This document shows, piece after piece, positions 54,261 to 64,000 of a stretch of DNA of 64,000 nt. The notes under the pieces are model-generated. The model searched no databases and was not told the DNA's origin. It was given only the letters and a program-made list of their open reading frames with translations. The position numbers and the translations under genes were made by a program. How positions within the stretch are numbered: position 1 is the first letter of the stretch; each line of letters starts with the position of its first letter. The DNA is taken from assembly GCF_006345805.1 (NCBI RefSeq), contig NC_042997.1, forward strand, positions 105,524,001 through 105,588,000, in the 5' to 3' direction. The DNA is from Octopus sinensis. Lineage: Eukaryota.

Positions 54261-54713
54261 ACACCCCCTTCGGTCATGAATGACCATGGGATTGCACCTA
54301 GAAAGTTACCCTCCGAGACACAAGTCTGGGCAAGGTTGTTTATGGAAGACCAGCAGTCGCCCACGCATACCAGCCTCCCCTCTCTACGCCACCGATGTTA
54401 TCCAAAGGAAAGGCAAAGGCCGATACAGCTTGGCACCAGTGACGTAGCAGCTCATTTATTAACAAGCAAGTGGTTGATCACTCCACAGACACCTGTACCC
54501 TTAACGTACTTCTTGGAGAGATTCTGCATGACAGAGAGTGTGACAGAAACAGGAAGAAAGAGTGAGAGGAAGATGCGGTGAAAGAGTACAGCAGGGTTTC
54601 ACCACCACCCCTACCGGAGCCTGTTTTCACTCAATAAACACTCACAATGGGAATCGAAACCGTGATCCTACGACCGCGAGTCCGCTGCCCTAACTACTAG
54701 GCCATTGCGCCTC
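54260..54713 (-). mobile_element. Tripartite mosaic SINE: D head and body + E 3' segment + C tail
   Basis: 54547-54713 matches D, 54458-54546 matches E (35491-35577), and 54260-54457 matches C; all three lie on the same strand. Confidence 0.8.
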
Positions 54714-54718
54714 TCTCC

Positions 54719-54805
<87 letters not shown>

Positions 54806-55240
54806 CTAAGAGGGCAATAATGATAAACCATTTATTGATACCCTACCAATATGTTATTATCCTACAAATATGGTTTTATTTTAAATTCAGGTTGATGTTC
54901 ACTAGTTTTGGGAGTTCTTTTAAAATTTCACCAGGAGATTCTATTTAGAACTAATATTGATTGAGATACAGGAGTCCCAGACAGACAGAATTTCGGTTTT
55001 ATTTATGTGCGTGTGTGTGTGCGCGTGTGTGCATATAAATTATTGAAGCGTATTTATCTGTCTGTGTATTTATATGTGTGTGAGTGTGTCCATAAGCTTG
55101 TGTATGTCCGTGTGTCACTCTCTGTCGATTATATCAGTCTACTTCAATTATTTTAAAATTTCATTTCTTCCATGTTCAGATTATATATTGCACCGTAATT
55201 GTTCATAAATACATGTAGAAATATTTTCTTCCTTAATTTA

Positions 55241-55281
<41 letters not shown>

Positions 55282-56520
55282 CACATATGTACAGTGAAAA
55301 AATTCACCACAAGCAGGGTGGTGTTAATCAATTTCGTCAACAAACCCCACTGTATAGCAACTGACCACCTGTAGGGTTCAGAATATTTTGAGTAGAGACA
55401 AGTCTTGAATGAAATAGAACAAATAAACGCACTACAATCCTTAAATCTGCTGAATCAATGACCATCCTTAAGATATGCAGAATGAATAGCAAATGAATCC
55501 AACACCACCACGCCCCCCCCTCCTCACATTGCTACCATTCATTTCCCTATTCCCATCACCTACTTCCCCCAGCCAAGTACATACAGAAATACCCACATAG
55601 CTAAATATTGGCAAGAAGGGATAACCATCCCTCTGTCATTCCTCTAATGATACAGTATCGTCTGATGAAATGAATCAATGATGATGATCAACCGGATGAC
55701 TATGGATAATACAGACTCTACTGTAATTATCCCAAGGATACCAATGCACGTAGTGATGTATTAAATATTTATAAATTCCATCCTAGAATTACTATTATTA
55801 TCATATATATATATATATATATATACATAAATGATGATAAATAGCCAAAGACTAGCCTCAGGCTTGAAACTCAGAGTACCAAGAAGTTTGAATCAAACTG
55901 TTTTTATCTATACATGCAACTCACAATAAATGTGATGAGTGCCCTTCTTTCGTTTATCAACACACTCGTTATATATATAATATATATATATATATATTAT
56001 ATATATATATATACACATATATATATATAAGTGTGTGTGTGCATATATATGTATATATATATATGCATATATATATATAATATATATATATATATTATAT
56101 ATATATATATACACGATTGAGTAAACAATCGAAAGAAATGCACTCAACACATTTATTAAGGGTTACATTCAGAAGCCCCGATACACAAAATGGACTACGA
56201 CCTTCTTGAGAAAACACGGAATTACAATAATTTCAATGTTATGATTAGCGAAAGCGAAGTCGGTTGACAAACACAATACTCTTTCACTTATAAAATATAT
56301 TAAAAATATATTAAAACTATGCAAACTAAGTGCATTTTCCTTCATTTATATATGTATTTTTTGTCTATAGATTCAGCTCAGGGCTGCGGCCATACCGATG
56401 CACCATATGTATGTACGTACATATATATATACATACATATATATATATATATATAGATATATATATATATATACATACATATATATATATATATCTATAC
56501 ATATATATATATATTATATA

Positions 56521-56576
<56 letters not shown>

Positions 56577-57062
56577 GTATGTATTTATGTATGTATGTAC
56601 TGGCAAATATTTTCGGTGAATTTCATGTACCAGACATGCTCACGCAATTTAACCATGTAGCTTTTTACTGGACCTAAAAATTCCATCTTACCAAGCAGGC
56701 ACAAATTTACACACGCACGCACACACACAAACACAGACAAACAGATAGACAGTTAGACAAATGGACTGCCAACGGACAGACATAGAGGTACATAGATTGA
56801 TATATATATATATACATTTATAAACATATTCATGTATTAGGTATAAATATGCATATGTAGTTGTACGTTCATGAATTAACGCGTGAGTGTGTGAATGCGA
56901 ACATGTATGTGTAGACATATATACGTATATAAACTAGGTATTTGTGTCTTAATAAGAATATAGATATGTGCGATTAAATAGATATAGATATATACATACA
57001 CAGACACTCACATACACACCATATATAACTTGTATGTGTACATATATATATATAAATATATG

Positions 57063-57152
<90 letters not shown>

Positions 57153-57894
57153 CATAATATATATATATATGTATAATCAGAAGAGAGGAAAATGCCTTAA
57201 GTCGTCGCTGAGATTGATATTCCCTTTGCGGACGAGAAGGCAAAAGTTAAGCAAGCGGTTAGCAATAAACGAAAAGAGATACGTAAGTTCAGTTTTCTTC
57301 ATTAACGACAAGACGAAAAAGTAATAATAATAATAATAATACATAAAATAAGATAAAATTAAACAACTTTTTAAAAAAGTAAACGTTTATGTTTAAAAAG
57401 AGTATAAATTCATATTTGTAACAAAATATATTCTCTTTATCAAAGATAATTCTCAATTATGATATTATATGCTCTTGAATATAATATATATATATTTATG
57501 AAATACTTCACTCGGAAATCTAATCTTTTAAATTTTTTTCTGTTTTTTGTTTATATATTTTGTTTTATTCCTTCGTATAATTAGCAATTTTCAGGTCGCT
57601 TTACCACCAAACGTTATAGTAAATTGACAAATATACACATCACAATTACTGCTCATATTCAGGCAACGTTCACGGTCTCTCCGAATTTTGCATCTACGTT
57701 TTCAAAGACGGTATCTCTAAAACTGGACGTCGAATTACTCGTCAGAAAACACATGAGCCACAATCATTGCACAAAGCTCAAATGAGATTTGCAATAGAGC
57801 AGCATTTAAAACATTTGTTAGAGTGCTATTTAACCACACAGAAACATCTTAGACCGCATCTTGCGATAAAGTATTCAGTAGATAGTCATAACGT

Positions 57895-58190
57895 TCCTTC
57901 TCGAGTCATGCCTAGCTCACAAGAGCCGGTTTCCCGGTTTCCTTGGCATATAGGTTCTTCACCTGGACGGGACGCCGGTCCGTCGCAGGTGAGCTGCAAG
58001 ATGCATGAGGAAAGAGTGAGAGAAATTTGTGGCGAAAGAGTCAGCAGAAGTTCGCCATTACCTTCTGCCGGAGCCGCGTGGAGCTTAGGTGTTTCGCTCA
58101 TAAAAACATACATCACTCGGTCTGAGATTCGAACCTGCGATCCCTCGACCGCGAGTCTGCTGCTCTAACCACTAGGCCATGTGCCTCCAC
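57895..58190 (-). mobile_element. SINE with a D-type tRNA-Arg-like head but a different 3' tail
   Basis: 11-bp TSD AGTCATAACGT (57884-57894, 58191-58201). Head and body resemble D; the tail CCTGGACGGGACGCCGGTCCGTCGCAGG is unrelated to the tail of 35741-36054. Confidence 0.88.
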
Positions 58191-59479
58191 AGTCATAACG
58201 TGCAATACAAATACTTTCCAACAGCTGTGCTGCTTCCAGTTTCTCATTTTTCTTCTGCAACTGCTTGACCTATTCTTTCCAGTTGTAGCTGTTTGGTATC
58301 ATATCCACAGCAGCACCTTCAAGACACAGGTGCATCTTTCGATCTGTCTTCTCCTCCTCTTCCATGATCTGAAGCACTTACACATTACTATGCACATCGT
58401 CCACTTCTTGGAAATCCTTCCCTGCTCAGGATTTTCCTGCAATCGGGGACGTAAGCATGAAGATAACAACATTTGCGCTATCGGTTTTGGCAGAGAGAAT
58501 AATTCTTTCTTAGAATTAGAAAACCAGATATATATTATTCCAAATAATATATATTTGGAATAATAAATATATATATATATATATATGGAAAAAAATAATA
58601 TATATGAGGAAAAAGAAACACTTTTTAGTAATATTAATTAGATATGATTAAAACTAAATTTGGCAAAACGAAACATAAGAAAGTCTTTGAATTGATGATG
58701 ATGAGGAGGAGGAGGAGGAGAAGGAGGAGAAGGAAGTGGAGGAGCAGGATGTTGATGATGATTTGATGAGGACTACGAAAAAGATGATGAGGAAGATGAC
58801 GACAGGGAGAATTATTATGATATAAACAACAGTAACAACAACAACAACAACAACAACAACAATAATAATGATAATGATGATGATGATGATGATGAGGATG
58901 ATGATTGATGATGATGATGATGACGACGACGATGATAGTAATAATAATGATGATAATTTCTATATCATTTTTTTCTGTTTATATTTATTTATAATAATGA
59001 TATCATTAATATGTAATAGAAGAAGGACGAAGAGGATGAGGAGGAAAAAGATTTAAGAGGTGATGGAGGAGAGGGTAAAGAATTAGGAAGCAGAGGGAAA
59101 CTAGACAGACAGACTGGTTTATATTACAACAAAATCGGTCTTTCCCTAATGAGTGAAATCATAAGCGAGATTTCCTTCCCGTAATAAGCTGACCTCAGTT
59201 GGGTTTGCATTAACATTTGAAACCCCAAGACCCCCTTAAAGACGTTTGTAACCCTTGGGGACTCGTTAACGTAGGCAATGCAAGATCTCCTGCATTTCTT
59301 CGGGAAGTTAACTGGGCATAACCAAAATTTAATGACTTGAAGCATCTTAATTTTGCGAAACGTTTATGGAAACCAATAGTCTGTAATACATATACGCATA
59401 TACGCATATACGCAAATATATATATATATATGTATATATATATGTGTGTGTATGTATGTATGTATTTACATGTGTGTAT

Positions 59480-59862
59480 GAGTATATGTTTGTGTTTGTG
59501 TGTGTGTGTGTATGTGTGTGTGCGTGTGTGTTACACTCGTAGTCTAATATATATGCCCCTCACCAGAACCGGTGTTGGTTTCTTTACGTTCTTGCGACGT
59601 AGCGTTTCGACAAAAGAGTAGCAGCCTTTAAAAGGAAAGGTTCTTTTGATTAACTAAACCATCTAAGGCGGTACCGAAGTACGTCCGCTTTCCATTGATT
59701 GAAACAAGTAAAAAGAAATATACATACATACATGCATACATACATACGTACATACATACATACATACATACATACATACATACATACATACATACATACA
59801 TCTATACATACCTACATACACACATACACACACATATTTATGTGTGTGTATATATATATATG

Positions 59863-59910
<48 letters not shown>

Positions 59911-60147
59911 ATCAAATAAGCAACAAGGCTATCCGGAGGTAATGCAGTACGATATCCTTGGATATCCTTGTTGCTTATTTTGATTATAATCACCTTATTT
60001 TAAATTATATGGATAATACCATACTAAATTTACTAAATTCTGGTACTTTCAACTTAAGTACCATATTCATCTGAATCTAAATTTGACTTTACTTATATAT
60101 ATGTATACACACACACACACACATACACACACACACACACACACCAC

Positions 60148-60221
<74 letters not shown>

Positions 60222-60490
60222 TTATGTATGTATGTATGCTTTTTACTTGTTTCAATCACTGGACAGCGGGTGTACTACGTTACCGCCTTAAATGGTTTAG
60301 TTAATCAAAAGAAACGTCCTTTTTAAAGCCTATTGCTCCTTTGTCGAAACGCTACGTTGCGAGAACGTAAAGAAACCAACACCGGTTCTGGTGAGGGGCA
60401 TATAGATTAAACAACGAGAGTAACACACTCGCATACACACAAACATACATACTTACATACACACACACATACAAACACAGACACATATAC
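59480..60490. repeat. Diverged inverted pair (~250-bp arms, SINE-A-like 3' segment plus microsatellite) with an internal hairpin
   Basis: ~59480-59730 versus ~60225-60490 share CCCCTCACCAGAACCGGTGTTGGTTTCTTTACGTTCT exactly, with roughly 80% identity elsewhere by eye. Confidence 0.8.
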
Positions 60491-60752
60491 ACGCCAAACT
60501 CCATCCCGATATCATCACTGAATCCTTTCACAGTATGTAATAATCCTTCAAGCTCTTCATCATCTTTGCCATATAGCTTTAAGTCATCCATATAAAATAG
60601 ATGGCTTATTTTCTTGTTGTCAATTTTGTAGCCATATCTTGTTCTATTCAGTTCACTTGAGAGTGGTATTAGTGCCATGCAGAAAATTAGTGGTGAAAGT
60701 GAGTCACCTTGGAAAATTTGGAAAATTCCACAGTTTATGCTAATGTTGTTTG

Positions 60753-60755
<3 letters not shown>
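60488..60755 (-). pseudogene. Reverse transcriptase fragment of a Dong/R4-clade non-LTR retrotransposon
   Basis: GIFQ(IFQ)GDSLSPLIFCMALIPLSSELNRTRYGYKIDNKKISHLFYMDDLKLYGKDDEELEGLLHTVKGFSDDIGMEFG contains the QGD and YMDD RT motifs. Confidence 0.92.
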
Positions 60756-60810
<55 letters not shown>

Positions 60811-61390
60811 TATTATTATTATTCAGTAGTTTTATTTTTATAGCGTGCTTTCGCTTCACTACCGAGCGCAGCTCTGTGTACCTTGGGTATGTGCTGTGAT
60901 TTGTTGTGATGCTCTGATGGTTATTGTATGGAAAGTGTTCTGCGTAGGATGTGTGCAGTGCCTAGTAGTGCAATTTTCTGTATGTTATATGTGTTTGTAA
61001 GTCCTGGTGTTTTTGTTATGTATTTGTCTGAATATTTTTTAAGTATGCGTGTAAGATAGAAATGTATTCCTCACGTGTCCATTTACGTCTTTTGGGTTTT
61101 ATTTGCAGGACATGAGGTACAACGTCCGGCCCATTATTTTGACGGTCGTCATTTTCGTAGGGTACCGGTCCGTTTATTTCTGTTGTCACATTATTTCGCA
61201 CGTGTAGTTTTTCGTACATTTTTTGTTGTAGGTTTAATGTACGTACCGCTCGATTGTTTTTCTTGGGTTGAATAGTATCGGTGGCATTTAATTTCTTCGT
61301 AGTTCCTTTGTACATGGTGTTTGAGGTCGGGGATGATCGTGTTGTTCCACGCATGTTTACATGTGTTGTGTTAGAGGTGGAGATGATATC
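60756..61390 (-). mobile_element. Internally deleted Dong/R4-like element: 5' end and N-terminus fused to C-terminus, 3' UTR and (AAT)n tail
   Basis: ATG at 61354 gives ..KRRKWTREEYISILHAY, joined at ~61042 to KKYSDKYITKTPGLTNTYNIQKIALLGTAHILRRTLSIQ* (stop 60921-60923). A ~100-bp UTR and the (AAT)n tail follow. The 5' boundary is uncertain. Confidence 0.75.
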
Positions 61391-61562
61391 GAGTCAAAAT
61401 ACATCATTTCGTTTCGAAAATAGTAATAAATTTCAATTAGTATTACTTACTCGGATATAGTCCAATTCTTTGTTAGTAAATCTTTGGCTCCATAGGGTGT
61501 CCTTGTTTTCGATGTTTGTGGATAGATTTCGGAGCTCTGTATTTTCCTTCTTACATCTTAAA

Positions 61563-61563
<1 letters not shown>

Positions 61564-61618
<55 letters not shown>

Positions 61619-61688
61619 TCACTGCCTGGAATCGAACTCGGAATCTTGGGGTTAATAGCCCGCGCTCTTAACGACTACGCCATATGCC
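61564..61688 (-). mobile_element. Short tRNA-like SINE with an (AAT)n tail
   Basis: The minus strand reads GGCATATGGCGTAGTCGTTAAGAGCGCGGGCTATTAACCCCAAGATTCCGAGTTCGATTCCAGGCAGTGACCTG(AAT)n, with clear A and B boxes. Confidence 0.85.
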
Positions 61689-61708
61689 TGTGGGCATATG
61701 GCGCAGTG

Positions 61709-61797
61709 GTTAACCACAAACAAGATGAGGACGGCTATCCGTCAATTGTAAATAATGTAAATAAAGTACATAATTCCTCATCTCTTAAATATAGAAC
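61709..61797 (+). mobile_element. Fragment of the family G (Penelope-like) terminal repeat
   Basis: Matches the reverse complement of 14059-14146 (CAAACAAGATGAGGAC..TATCCGTCAA..TAAATAATGTAAATAA.GTACATAATTCCTC.TCT.TTAAATATAGAAC). Confidence 0.8.
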
Positions 61798-61869
61798 ATG
61801 AAGTGTTAGCTTCAGTAAGTTTTGCCTAGTTATTAAAATTTGTTAGAAATTCAGTATATCCATAAAAAT

Positions 61870-61934
<65 letters not shown>

Positions 61935-63219
61935 GTGTGTGTGTGTTTGTTTGTGTGTGTGTGTGATATCATATCGTATCATATGAGAAATGAGTGAAAT
62001 AGTTTGCACATGTGTAATAGGGAAATTAGAGAAACGCTGAGGGACGTTTATCCGTACGAATAGCTAAGATTCGAGAAGAAATGACAATGACCAACCCAAA
62101 TGAACATAGGCATTATGAAGATCATATCTGTATATAATAGATATACAGTTTAACTGAAATATTCTATCGTTCATCTAACTCATATTTCAGTTCTGACATT
62201 CCCGCAAGGAAATATATTGCGTGGCAACCATGGGCAATCATTTTCAGGAAGTAGAGCCCACATAAAGCATCATTCATCATTAAGCGAACCACACTACTAG
62301 CAGAATACAAGGTAATTTTTCGTTCGCGTGGCATTCAGAATGTCCCACAGTCCGCAATTTTCCCATTATTCCTTTATGGCTAACGGCACAGAATTTTTAT
62401 AATTTGAAACTTCAAATTATATTCTCCCAAATATGACTGATTTAACCATATCTGTTATGTATCTACTATCAAATATTATGCAAAAAACTAATAAATAAAT
62501 AAAATGAATCAGATTATGTTACAGTAAATTATATATCTACCCACAATATATAGGTATGTGTATGGGTACATGGATAACGTGCGCGCGTGTGTGTATACCC
62601 ATTTTCGATCTTTTGCCATCTTATTCTGTAAGTTATCAATTAGCAAAAATAATTTATAAAAATATAAGCAATATAGATATAGACTAAGAAAGGAGGTGTG
62701 ATATTCCAGCGAGAAGAGTTATGTGTGTATATGATATCAATAATACTATCAACACGAACCAAGGAGGAATTGATCTCGATGGTATAAATTCTCTCAGCTG
62801 CTACATAAAATATAGGTTACGTTCAATGAAAAACAAATGTTTTGTCAATTACGCTTCCAGCATTATAAAGAAACGTGTTGTTGTCTAAGAAATACGTATA
62901 TAACTGTGACTACAAATATTACACGGCCTCTCAAGTAATGGGTAACGAAATTTACTGCGTTTTTGCTAAGTGTTGTGAAATGAGCACAACTTCACAGCTT
63001 TTACGTATGTGTTACTTTCATTTTAACGAAATATCACAATAGGATTTTGGTATCGTTTTCTCAAATAGTTGCAACAAAATCCGCACACAACGCCCATGAA
63101 TGAATGTTCGTACACTTAGGCAGACAAATACAGGCACACAGACACCGACATACATTATGTGTATGTATGTATGTATGTATGTATGTATGTATGTATGTAT
63201 GTATGTATGTATGTATATA

Positions 63220-63266
<47 letters not shown>

Positions 63267-64000
63267 GCACACACACGCACAAACACAAACACGCATACAT
63301 ATATATATATACATATATATATTCATACATATGTATATACATACATAAATGTACGTACACACACACATATATATATATACGTATATGGGTTGAGTGTGTG
63401 CGTGTTTGTACATGTATATGCATGTATGTATATGTACGTATGCGTACATATATGTATGTATATACATATATATGAATATATGTATATATGTATATATATG
63501 CATATATATACATATATTTGTATATGTATATATATGTGTGTGTTTTTGCGTTTGTGCGTGTGTGTGCATGTGTGTATACGAGAATAAATACATACACACA
63601 CACACGCACACACACACGCACACACAAACACTCACATATGGATATAGATAGCAACAGATTCATCTAAAATTGGTTATAACCATATATGCAAAGTTACCTT
63701 ACTATCTTAAATCTGTTTATTATGTTTACTACATGTTTTTCTTGTTTTTCTTTATTTCTCCTTCACACTGTTTCTCTATTTTAGTTGTCATACTCTACTC
63801 TCTCTGTTTTTTTCCCGCTCTGTTTGTATAATCACATTCATAACTCCCTCTAATTCTCTTTCTCTCTCTCTCATTTTTTTTTCTGTCTCTCTTTTCTCTC
63901 TCTATCTCTCGCTCGCTCGCTCTCTTTCCTTTGACTTGACATTAGTTCTAGGTGAGAACTAACACATTCACCATATGGGCTTATCACATTTTCTTTGTCA

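Noticed and set aside
61614-61688. tRNA gene call for this and other tRNA-like heads (5967, 13625, 36054, 58190)
   Set aside because: Each is fused to a SINE body or tail, and I could not fold any into a convincing cloverleaf with a paired acceptor stem; treated as SINE heads.

Overview
AT-rich, microsatellite-saturated eukaryotic DNA with no confidently identifiable host gene. The SINE repertoire looks like an octopus (cephalopod) genome; this is my inference from recognising the repeats. Nearly all ORFs in the supplied track are translated simple repeats. Supported content: (1) one full-length but dead mariner transposon (29111-30382) with TIRs and TA TSD; (2) a hAT MITE, a Tc1/mariner MITE and a Tc1-like 5' fragment; (3) remnants of non-LTR retrotransposons (Hero-like RLE, Dong/R4-like, CR1-like); (4) at least six tRNA-headed SINE families (labelled A-E plus a short (AAT)-tailed one), several with TSDs and several mosaic. 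Two patterns stand out. First, several unrelated short Penelope/retrozyme-like repeats carry minimal type I hammerhead-ribozyme motifs with palindromic stem III; the best is 2051-2095 on the minus strand, with a GUC cleavage site. Second, there are repeated fold-back (inverted) duplications next to (TA)n tracts and at SINE 5' ends, which may be real template-switch products or long-read assembly artefacts. All translations, identities and boundaries were read by eye and are approximate unless a TSD or TIR fixes them.
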